Positions 1-8,170 of a stretch of DNA of 64,000 bases are shown here, piece after piece. A program made the translations under genes and the position numbers. Under the pieces are notes generated by a model. That model searched no databases. It saw only the letters and a list, made by a program, of their open reading frames with translations, and was not told the origin of the DNA. This DNA comes from Proteobacteria bacterium SG_bin7 (GTDB lineage: Bacteria; Bdellovibrionota; Bdellovibrionia; Bdellovibrionales; SG-bin7), in the NCBI GenBank assembly GCA_002083485.1, contig LWDK01000036.1:36680-100679 (forward strand). The letters are read 5' to 3'. Each line of letters begins with the position of its first letter. The first letter of the stretch is position 1.

Positions 1-1682
1 GCTATTGAATTCATCAGGCGAGGATCGGTGGTTCCGGTAGTTCCCAGTATCCGCTCGATTCTTTCCACATAGCCTTGCGCTATCGCCAGGGGATTATTAA
101 TTTCGTGGCCCACACCAGCGACCATTTCTCCCAATGCTACTAACCGAGAGGACGTTTGCAACTGAGTCATCGCTAGTTTGCGCTCTGTAATATCAAATCG
201 AATTGCTAGGTACTGCCTCCGCCCATCCTCCCCTAAAATTGGCGTTATCGCCGAGTCCACCCAATACAAATCACCACTTTTTCGACGATTGCAAACCTCG
301 CCGTGCCAGATTTTACCAGACTTGATCGTGCTCCACATTTCCTTAAAATAGTCCGCTGGATGAAATCCCGAGTTAAGTATGCGGTGACTCCTGCCAATCA
401 GCTCCTCTTTGGTATATCCATTGATTTCGCAAAACTTATCGTTGACGTAAGAAATTATCCCTTTGTCGTCAGTTATTGAAACAATCGCCGATGCATCCAA
501 ACCGCGAAGAATCTCTAACCTTGATCTCGCCGCAATGTTAGCCTCTGTAACATCTCGAGCCACACTATAAAGTGAACCTGTCGTCAAATCTGGAAATGCG
601 GACCAGTTAAAATTCCGGTAAGAACCATTTTTACAGCGATAACGATTCTCAAAATTAATAACCGAATACCCCGCCGCCAATTTTTCTACTGCCGCAAGTG
701 TCGACGATACGTCGTTGGGATGAACAAAGTCCACAAAGGGTCTTGCTAAAAGTTCCTCCTCTGAATATCCGAGAACTCGTGTAAACGAAGCACTGAGTCT
801 CTTAAACATTCCATCGGTACCGGCAATACAGAGAAGATCTACCGATAGATTAAAAAATGTCTCTAAGGCGTCGGCAATTTCGCGACTAGCCTTAGCCTGC
901 TCGTGGGCTTCTTCTTTAGCAATCCTCAAATGTTTTTGAGAATTTTTCAGTTGAAGGTGAGTAGCTAACATGACCATGCCGAGAAAAATAAACAACCAAA
1001 TCGTGCTACTAGTAATGTAAAACTGCCCGATTAACAAAAAAAGGATTAATGAATAAATCTCGAGAAATTTATCTACCGAAAGAGATTCGGTCTGAACGTA
1101 AAGAACATAGCCAAATAATCCTAAGCCAAAACTTGCGTGAATCGCCATCCGCGAATACTGGCTCCACGATTCTACTAAATTCGAGCCAGTGAAATGGGCA
1201 AATATTGCAAGTGAGCCAATACAAAAAATAAAAATACCACTGTACTGGATAATTCTATTGGTCGTCTGATTCTTAAAAGGTAGGGCAAGCAAGGTCAATA
1301 CCGTAGCACCAAGGCTAAAACACAAGGCGGCTAAGGGGGACATTCGCCCCGGGGGATTAAGACCCGCCATATGGATACTATTGAAAAATAAAAAGTCAAT
1401 TTTATAACTTGTTCCAAATAAATACTGAGCAAAGGTGAGGTAACTGAGTATGCCCAATAAAAAAGTAGGAAGGAGTGAATATAGTTTATTTTTCAACTGC
1501 AACATGAAAACTGATATGCCACCCAAAACAAAACAAATTGCGAGATTAAATCTCATGGGTTCAAAATCAGGATGAATGCGCAATAAAATTTTCGAATCGA
1601 CCAACCATCCAATGATTACTATCACGCCCAAAATCATCATTAAGATCGAAATGGAAATACTTGTCCTTCGCTTCACATTCAT
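1..1682 (-). CDS. Membrane-anchored PAS-PAS sensor histidine kinase (C-terminus cut by window edge)
   Basis: My own minus-strand translation from ATG 1682 gives MNVKRRTSISISILMMILGVIVIIGW... with several hydrophobic helices. Two PAS-like blocks follow (LSVDLLCIAGTDGMFKRLSASFTRVLGYSEEELLARPF; IVSITDDKGIISYVNDKFCEINGYTKEELIGRSHRILNSGFH), then the H-box GEMVAGVGHEINNPLAIAQGY. The frame stays open to base 1, so it is absent from the closed-ORF track. Confidence 0.8.
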   Translation of the reverse strand, partial: MNVKRRTSISISILMMILGVIVIIGWLVDSKILLRIHPDFEPMRFNLAICFVLGGISVFMLQLKNKLYSLLPTFLLGILSYLTFAQYLFGTSYKIDFLFFNSIHMAGLNPPGRMSPLAALCFSLGATVLTLLALPFKNQTTNRIIQYSGIFIFCIGSLAIFAHFTGSNLVESWSQYSRMAIHASFGLGLFGYVLYVQTESLSVDKFLEIYSLILFLLIGQFYITSSTIWLFIFLGMVMLATHLQLKNSQKHLRIAKEEAHEQAKASREIADALETFFNLSVDLLCIAGTDGMFKRLSASFTRVLGYSEEELLARPFVDFVHPNDVSSTLAAVEKLAAGYSVINFENRYRCKNGSYRNFNWSAFPDLTTGSLYSVARDVTEANIAARSRLEILRGLDASAIVSITDDKGIISYVNDKFCEINGYTKEELIGRSHRILNSGFHPADYFKEMWSTIKSGKIWHGEVCNRRKSGDLYWVDSAITPILGEDGRRQYLAIRFDITERKLAMTQLQTSSRLVALGEMVAGVGHEINNPLAIAQGYVERIERILGTTGTTDPRLMNSI

Positions 1683-1773
1683 TTCTATAATTTTAATCGA
1701 AAACTCAGACTGCACTTAGTGAGTAATTGAAAAACCCGATTTAAGTCATGAGATCACGACATGAGTCTGGTAT

Positions 1774-2406
1774 TTAGATTTTTACCATCTTCGTATTTCC
1801 AGCATATTCTTTGTAAGACACCTTTTGGGCTGTGATTTCTTGAATTTTTTTTACAACCTCAGAAATTCGCCAAAGCGATCTGTTTAGCTTTTCATATTTA
1901 CTATTTGATTTTATATCTTGATCGTTCAAGCAGCCAATTGCAATTGTGAGTGGATTGTTAATCTCATGATTGTAGGTTGCGATCATTGCGTCTAGCGCCG
2001 CAACCTCCTTAAGCCGTCCCATTTCTTTGGACAGGTCAGATAGAGCCAAATGAGTTTTTATTCTAGAAACCATAATATCAAAATTAACCGGTTTACTTAC
2101 AAAGTCATTGGCCCCGTCGTGTAGGCAATTTACAACTTCTTGGGTGTCGGACTTTGCCGTCATCATAATTACAGGCAGCTCGATAACATTTGTATGACTT
2201 CTGATTTTCTTCAAAATATCGGTCCCCAGAGTCCCTGGCATCAGAATGTCTAATAGTATCAAGTCAACTTTTTCGAGCGATATAATATCGTAGCACTCTT
2301 TAGCGCTTCTTGCTTCGACGACCTCATATTCCCCTTTACGTTTTAGAACCTCCGCCATCACATCTCGATCAAAATCACTATCGTCAACAATCAAAATTTT
2401 TTTCAT
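1774..2406 (-). CDS. Response-regulator receiver fused to a DHp/HisKA-like H-box domain, with no ATPase domain
   Basis: REC motifs: KILIVDDSDFDRD, VDLILLDILMPG, VIMMTAKSD, SKPV. The H-box YNHEINNPLTIAIGCL follows and the protein ends about 60 aa later without N/G1/G2 boxes. It overlaps the upstream Hpt gene by 4 nt. Confidence 0.8.
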   Translation of the reverse strand: MKKILIVDDSDFDRDVMAEVLKRKGEYEVVEARSAKECYDIISLEKVDLILLDILMPGTLGTDILKKIRSHTNVIELPVIMMTAKSDTQEVVNCLHDGANDFVSKPVNFDIMVSRIKTHLALSDLSKEMGRLKEVAALDAMIATYNHEINNPLTIAIGCLNDQDIKSNSKYEKLNRSLWRISEVVKKIQEITAQKVSYKEYAGNTKMVKI

Positions 2407-2771
2407 TTCACTTCCAACATTGCTTCCAGAAGAACTTGGATTTCGTGCCGAAGCTCAGCTAAGATATTCTCACAACCTTTAAGGTCACCTGACTTTCCTA
2501 GCTTCTCAAGAGCTTCCGCTAAACGTCGGCATGGCTCCGCATGAAAGTGCGAAACCGCACCCTTTAAAGTATGTGCCGAAATTTCCAAATTTTTACTATT
2601 TTTTTCGCTTATGGCAGTATTGATTGCGGTCATCATTCCTGGAACCGTTCCTATAAAGTTGGTGATAACTTTAACCCCAAGATCTGTCATTCCGTGAAAG
2701 TTAGCAAAAAATGCATCGCGATCAAACGGGTAACCATTGATAAATTCTTTTGAGTTTCCTTTAGTAGTCAT
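2403..2771 (-). CDS. Stand-alone Hpt phosphotransfer protein
   Basis: 122 aa, helical, with the Hpt signature ISAHTLKGAVSHFHA (HxxKG). Confidence 0.8.
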   Translation of the reverse strand: MTTKGNSKEFINGYPFDRDAFFANFHGMTDLGVKVITNFIGTVPGMMTAINTAISEKNSKNLEISAHTLKGAVSHFHAEPCRRLAEALEKLGKSGDLKGCENILAELRHEIQVLLEAMLEVK

Positions 2772-2812
2772 GAACTCTCTTTGGTAATATTTCGGAGTTC
2801 TTAAACAAAATC

Positions 2813-3505
2813 TTAATTTTGTAGGATTTTTACCCGCTCAAGCAGTTCTTTAAATTGAAATGGCTTTGATATTGGCGAACTTCCAAGGGGGATAGTCGCC
2901 ATTTGATCTGAGGACGTATACCCCGACATGAACAAGACTTTTGGCATGTTTACAGTGAACAACCGAGAGAGCAAGAACTCCACTTCTGGCCCAAGAAGGT
3001 CTGGCATAAAGATATCCAAAATAACGACCCCAACCTCTTCTTGAACAATTAACTTAAGCGCTTCTGCCCCCATCGTTGAAGTATAAATCTGAAAACCATG
3101 ATCGTGAAGAAAAGCAGATAACAATTCAACCAAGTCAGGTTCATCATCAACAACCAAAACTTTTTTTCTATCTCGCAACAACTTTTTCTGAACTCCAAGC
3201 TGAGCGAAGCCCTTGAAAATATCAAGCGGAAACGGCACGAACTCACGACGAACTGGAGAGTATAACTTCAACTCTATGCGAGAGTCCAGAACACGAAAAG
3301 AAAACAAAGGACCGGTATCGACCCGCTGTTTGAAAAAATTTATTAAATCACTATTTCCAGTATCTTCAAAAAGAATCCATGACGCTGGCGAGGGCATATC
3401 AGTTACCACCGAACCATTTATTTTGTAAAACCAAACATTTTCACTAAATTCTTTGCGAAGAAGTTCTTGGCTGGTATCACTAGAGCAAAAAATATGGAAA
3501 TGCAT
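2813..3505 (-). CDS. Response regulator with a C-terminal receiver; the N-terminal ~110 aa are uncharacterised (possibly a degenerate receiver)
   Basis: C-terminal REC: KKVLVVDDEPDLVELL, VVILDIFMPDLLG, VLFMSGYT, SKPF. The N-terminal part (HFHIFCSSD...WILFEDTG) has a receiver-like beta/alpha pattern but lacks the acidic pocket. Confidence 0.7.
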   Translation of the reverse strand: MHFHIFCSSDTSQELLRKEFSENVWFYKINGSVVTDMPSPASWILFEDTGNSDLINFFKQRVDTGPLFSFRVLDSRIELKLYSPVRREFVPFPLDIFKGFAQLGVQKKLLRDRKKVLVVDDEPDLVELLSAFLHDHGFQIYTSTMGAEALKLIVQEEVGVVILDIFMPDLLGPEVEFLLSRLFTVNMPKVLFMSGYTSSDQMATIPLGSSPISKPFQFKELLERVKILQN

Positions 3506-3541
3506 TCGACAATTATGGCTGCCAAACCATCTCTTGACTAC

Positions 3542-4624
3542 TTATTTTTTACTTATAGACTGTTTTTTTGGAAGGGTCACGACAAACGAAGTATTTAAAG
3601 ACCCAGTATCTAAACTTATCCTGCCGCCGTGAGCTTCTATTAGCTTACGCGCTATACTCAGCCCCAAGCCAGTTCCACTCTGCCTTCCCTTGGTCGTAAA
3701 GAAGGGTGTCATTATTTGGTCAGCAAGATTCGAATCTATCCCAGTGCCAGAGTCGGTGACTCGAATGGTAACGACGCCGCTATCGCACTTTGCGGTAATC
3801 CAAAGGCGACGCTCAAAAAGTGTGCGAACGGCATCAATTGAGTTACCAATCAAATTAATAAGAGCATGGCATATTTCTACAGGTCGACATTCAAACTCAA
3901 ACTCATCTATATCAAGACAGACATTGAGACGAGAGGCCAAAAGTTTTGTTTGGGAGAGGTCTATAATATCATTGAAAAGTTCCCTGGAAGAGGTGTCTAA
4001 AAATGCATCCCTGGCACTTACGTAAGTCATAGCCTTAATTCCCTTGGCAATTTTTGAAATCCGAAAACATACTTGTTCTATTTTATTTACTGCTTCTATC
4101 GCCGCCGATTTTTCTCCCTCTAAATCCTGGATAGCAGATCTTAAGAAGTTTGCTTTTCCGACAATGACGGTTAGAGGACTGTTAATTTCATGGGCAATTT
4201 CTCCCGCCATCAGTCCTAAACTTGACAAATTTGCGACTCGTTCATTTTCCGGCATAAACAAAAGTCCTAAGGAACGTGAACTTATGGGAATTCCAACAGC
4301 CCCAACAATATTAGGCTCAATAAATTCAATAGCCGAAGTTTTTTGATCAACCAAAACTCTAATGAGAGGATATTTCAGGCGGCGTAATGGTGATATATCT
4401 GTAATTTCTGTTCCGACGGTTAACCTACCATCCAAAAAAAGGCGTTCGGCCATTTGATTGTAAGAGCGAAGGACTAAAGTCTTGGACTTTTCTGCCCTAA
4501 AAAAATCAAAAATACATATACCAAAAGGAAGGCCCATAATTAACGCTTCAAGCTCTGTTGCTTCTGAATTGACCGTATTGTACTTAAGTTTCATAGAAGT
4601 TATGCAACCGCCAACATTTGGCAT
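3542..4624 (-). CDS. Cytoplasmic sensor histidine kinase (PAS-like N-terminus, HisKA, HATPase_c)
   Basis: H-box AGEIAHEINSPLTVIVG, N-box ALINLIGNSIDA, G1 VTDSGTGI, G2 SGTGLGLSIA. An alternative ATG at 4594 would avoid the 25-nt overlap with cheB. Confidence 0.85.
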   Translation of the reverse strand: MPNVGGCITSMKLKYNTVNSEATELEALIMGLPFGICIFDFFRAEKSKTLVLRSYNQMAERLFLDGRLTVGTEITDISPLRRLKYPLIRVLVDQKTSAIEFIEPNIVGAVGIPISSRSLGLLFMPENERVANLSSLGLMAGEIAHEINSPLTVIVGKANFLRSAIQDLEGEKSAAIEAVNKIEQVCFRISKIAKGIKAMTYVSARDAFLDTSSRELFNDIIDLSQTKLLASRLNVCLDIDEFEFECRPVEICHALINLIGNSIDAVRTLFERRLWITAKCDSGVVTIRVTDSGTGIDSNLADQIMTPFFTTKGRQSGTGLGLSIARKLIEAHGGRISLDTGSLNTSFVVTLPKKQSISKK

Positions 4625-5664
4625 CTTTTTATAATTTCAGCAGCAATTCGATCGAGAGGAAGAATTTCGTGAACGGCACCCACATCGATTGCCACCTTAG
4701 GCATGCCGAACACAACACATGACTGTTCATTTTGTGCGATATTATAACTACCAGCCTCTTTCATCGCCAACAAACCCTCAGCGCCGTCTTTGCCCATTCC
4801 AGTTAACACTACACCAATCGCATTTGCGCCGGCATATTTAGAAACAGATTTCATCAAATAATCCGCTGCAGGCCGAACGCCGTGCAAAGCAGGTTCTTGA
4901 TGAAGCTTAACAAAATAGTAGGCTCCGCTGCGGGAAAGCTCCATATGAAAATTTCCCGGAGCAATTAAGGCCCGTCCTGGAAAGACCTTATCTCCGTCTT
5001 GTGCCTCTTTGACTTCAAATTGACATAGCTTTTGCAAATTATCGGCATAGGTTTTTGTAAAAACCGGGGGAAGGTGTTGAACAATCACAGTCCCAGGTAT
5101 GTCCGGAGGCAATAGGGGTAACACTCTTTTTAAGGCCTCAGTTCCCCCAGTTGAAGACGCAATCGCCAAAACCGAGTGAGTCGTTTTAGCAAGTGCCGTG
5201 GCTTTAACGTCGGTGGGTCGAGCCCGAACAATGGGAGACAGAGTCCTTTTTTCAGGTAAATTTGACTTTGCGACAACTTTTACGCGTGTGATAATTTCGT
5301 AACGAACGGCTTCCATGGATCGCGTCACATCGATCGCTGGTTTCGCCATCACATCTATCGCACCTACCTCAAAGGCCCGCAAAGTAGTGGCCGAACCTTG
5401 TGTCGATAAACTACTAATAATGAGAGTGCGAGTTGGTAAATGCTGCATAACCTTCTCGAGAAAAGTTACACCATCCATTTTCGGCATTTCTACGTCTAAC
5501 GTCATAACGTCCGGCTTTAACTTCGTAAGCATTTCACGCGCCACATAGGGATCAGGCGCAGAACCAACGACTTCGATTTCGGGGTCAGAACTTAAAAACT
5601 TTGTAAGTAAAGTTCTAATAATTGAAGAATCGTCGACAACAAGAACGCGAATTTTTTGATTCAT
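4600..5664 (-). CDS. cheB: Chemotaxis response regulator protein-glutamate methylesterase CheB
   Basis: The REC domain reads IRVLVVDDSSIIR and VMTLDVEMPKMDG. The esterase domain has intact triad contexts: AIASSTGGTEAL, VIVQHLPPVFT, LTGMGKDGAEG. Confidence 0.9.
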   Translation of the reverse strand: MNQKIRVLVVDDSSIIRTLLTKFLSSDPEIEVVGSAPDPYVAREMLTKLKPDVMTLDVEMPKMDGVTFLEKVMQHLPTRTLIISSLSTQGSATTLRAFEVGAIDVMAKPAIDVTRSMEAVRYEIITRVKVVAKSNLPEKRTLSPIVRARPTDVKATALAKTTHSVLAIASSTGGTEALKRVLPLLPPDIPGTVIVQHLPPVFTKTYADNLQKLCQFEVKEAQDGDKVFPGRALIAPGNFHMELSRSGAYYFVKLHQEPALHGVRPAADYLMKSVSKYAGANAIGVVLTGMGKDGAEGLLAMKEAGSYNIAQNEQSCVVFGMPKVAIDVGAVHEILPLDRIAAEIIKRCQMLAVA

Positions 5665-7208
5665 CAGGCAACTCTCTTATTTCTAATTTCCATAACCGTG
5701 TTGGCAAAATCACCCGCGCTTTTGACGTAGTCTACAATTCCCAAATTAATTGCCTGTTGAGGACCGTAAGGAAAAGCACATAAATCCGGATCTTCAACGA
5801 GAGTAACATTGCCACTGGCGCGCATAGCCGCCAACCCGTCAACACCGTCACGGCCGAATCCACTCATAAGCACTCCTAAAGCGCCACCGCGCTCACAACT
5901 TGCGATCGACGCCATCAGCACATCGCTTGATGGCTTTTGGCCATTTACTGGAGGGAGTTGTCGAAGTTTCGCATAAAAATTATTGGATTGAGTTTCAACC
6001 ACAATATGGTTGTCTGCGGGAGCAAAATAAACATTTCCAGAGGTCAAGTGTGTGTTTTCTTTAACAACCGAAAGTCTAACAGAAACATTTTTTTTAATTT
6101 TTTGAATGTAGGCTTCGATAAACGAAGATAATGTCGAGTTGGCAACAATAACCGGCGGCGTATCACTGTTTAGCGACTGAAGAAATGCTTTTAAACCGTC
6201 TTGCGACCCCGTATTTCCGCCCACGGCAATCAATTTTAAACCCTGAATCCCTAAACCACTTACGGCATATTCGACCTTGGTATCAGATTTTTTTTGAGAC
6301 CGATTTGCCAAAACTTTTTGACTAGCTGCCGCCTTCACTTTCTCAACTAACGTTTCTCCAAGTTGCTTGATAACGGCGGGATCATACTGCGATGGTTTGT
6401 GAATAAACTCAATCGCCCCTAGCTCCAGAGCTCTAAGAGCAGCCTCGCCCTGGCTTCCCAACGACGACACCATAACAACTGGCAGCGGCATGTGTTTCAT
6501 CAACTTCTCTAAAAAAACGACGCCGTTCATTTTTGGCATCTCGATATCCAAGGTAATAACATCAGGTTTATGTTTTACCAGCATTTCACGTGCCTGATAC
6601 GGATCGGCAGCAACACCAACCACGTCTAGACCGTGTTTTGAAAAGACATTTTGGAAAAGCGATCTTACCGTCGCCGAGTCGTCAACAATTCCGACTTTGA
6701 CTTTGCGGATGGGCTCTAACTTTATTCGCCCTGAAATATCCACTTGAGAATTCTCGTCTTGATTGATAAACCTATGTATGACATTGAAGTCCGACACATT
6801 GATAGTAATCTTTCGGCTAAGCTCTCCACCCACATTTTGCTCGACAACAGGAATTCCGAGATTGGCAAGCGTCTCAAATGCAAAGTCGATATTCTTTTTC
6901 CCGACGCCAATTCCAATCTGCACATCGGTAAGTACGGCCCCACCTCCGTAGACCTTTGCCTTTAAATTCCGCCGTGAGGCACCCAGTCGTTCCAATTCTT
7001 GGATTAGCATGGGAATAGCGCATTCACCATAGCGTCCACTTGCAACTTCTCCTTGAGGAAGTTTTGTCAAAAGATAGTGGTTAAGGCCAGCACACTTTGC
7101 TAGGGGATCATACAAAACCACCGATACACAAGAGCCAAGAATTGTTGTTAATTCAACAGGGTCCTTTGACACAGCCAAACGCCCCGGCAACACATAGAGA
7201 GTTTTCAT
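5664..7208 (-). CDS. Three-domain fusion: CheD deamidase, receiver, and a CheB-like domain with a degenerate catalytic triad
   Basis: CheD part: TILGSCVSVVLYD, AGLNHYLL, KAKVYGGGAVL. REC part: KVGIVDDSATVR, VITLDIEMPKMNG, HKP. The CheB-like part reads IAVGGNTGS / PVIVANSTL / MSGFGRDGVDG, against ASSTGGT / VIVQHLPP / GMGKDGAEG in the neighbouring CheB. Confidence 0.85.
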   Translation of the reverse strand: MKTLYVLPGRLAVSKDPVELTTILGSCVSVVLYDPLAKCAGLNHYLLTKLPQGEVASGRYGECAIPMLIQELERLGASRRNLKAKVYGGGAVLTDVQIGIGVGKKNIDFAFETLANLGIPVVEQNVGGELSRKITINVSDFNVIHRFINQDENSQVDISGRIKLEPIRKVKVGIVDDSATVRSLFQNVFSKHGLDVVGVAADPYQAREMLVKHKPDVITLDIEMPKMNGVVFLEKLMKHMPLPVVMVSSLGSQGEAALRALELGAIEFIHKPSQYDPAVIKQLGETLVEKVKAAASQKVLANRSQKKSDTKVEYAVSGLGIQGLKLIAVGGNTGSQDGLKAFLQSLNSDTPPVIVANSTLSSFIEAYIQKIKKNVSVRLSVVKENTHLTSGNVYFAPADNHIVVETQSNNFYAKLRQLPPVNGQKPSSDVLMASIASCERGGALGVLMSGFGRDGVDGLAAMRASGNVTLVEDPDLCAFPYGPQQAINLGIVDYVKSAGDFANTVMEIRNKRVA

Positions 7209-8161
7209 GCGGCAATAATCCTATCAACGTCGACGATCAAAACGGTTTTCTTTTCACTAATACTAATATGGCTGACCAAACTTTTTCCCGAACCGGACAA
7301 TCGATCATTTTTTTGAAAATTTCCAACATTAAGCTCATCAATTTGTTGAGCTTGTTCAATAGGAAATCCAAAACGAACCCCATCAACATTACAAATGACA
7401 ATAAAAGATTTTTCGAGATTCGTGCATTCCCCGAAAGTAAGTTTTAAATCCAGTATAGGCATGACCTCACCCCGCAGATTCATAAGGCCCATAAGATCAG
7501 CTCGATGCGCAGGCATTATATTCAGTTTTTTAAACTGCACCACTTCAACGACTTTGGTAACAGGAATTCCGAATTGTCGTCCTTGATTCACACATAGGAG
7601 GAAAACTCGCTTTTCTGGTAAAGCCTCCTTTTTCTCTAAAGGGGGAATTTCCTTAGCGACCCTATTATTAGGTGGGATAGGCTGACTGACTTTTTCTTCG
7701 GAAACGACAGCCTGAATTTGGTCGGCTTTTGTACTTTTAACCATCCAAGATGACAAATTGTTAAGTAACGGACTATAAGTTTCTAAGAGGGAAGCAGTAT
7801 CTTCGAGTGTATTTGATAGATCAATTAAATACTTTTCTACCGACTGTAAAACATTTGAGAGCTGAAACTCCAGATTCATTAGCGAGTCTGTTATTTTGTT
7901 AACCTCTGTGGCCGAGATTTCCTCTTTTATTTTGGTCAGTCGAGTTTCTATTTCGTGTACAAACTGTCCACAAAAACTAAAACCAACCGCCTGAACATTG
8001 CCTTTCAAACTGTGAAAGGACTTCATAACCTTATCAAGAACCTCTATAGGATTCTTAGACAGTTCGGGCAAAACCTCTCTTGCCTCAGTCACATACTCTT
8101 GGCTGTCCACAGCACATTGTTTCTGTAAGTCTTTTAAAAACCCGTCTTCCGCCGCTGTCAT
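7205..8161 (-). CDS. Hpt(P1)-CheW(P5) protein: CheA-like but without dimerisation and ATPase domains
   Basis: N-terminal P1-type Hpt motif MKSFHSLKGNVQAVGF. C-terminal CheW-like domain FLLCVNQGRQFGIPVTKVVEVV...LMNLRGEVMPILDL. No N/G1/G2 boxes anywhere in the 318 aa. Confidence 0.8.
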   Translation of the reverse strand: MTAAEDGFLKDLQKQCAVDSQEYVTEAREVLPELSKNPIEVLDKVMKSFHSLKGNVQAVGFSFCGQFVHEIETRLTKIKEEISATEVNKITDSLMNLEFQLSNVLQSVEKYLIDLSNTLEDTASLLETYSPLLNNLSSWMVKSTKADQIQAVVSEEKVSQPIPPNNRVAKEIPPLEKKEALPEKRVFLLCVNQGRQFGIPVTKVVEVVQFKKLNIMPAHRADLMGLMNLRGEVMPILDLKLTFGECTNLEKSFIVICNVDGVRFGFPIEQAQQIDELNVGNFQKNDRLSGSGKSLVSHISISEKKTVLIVDVDRIIAA

Positions 8162-8170
8162 GATTCACTC

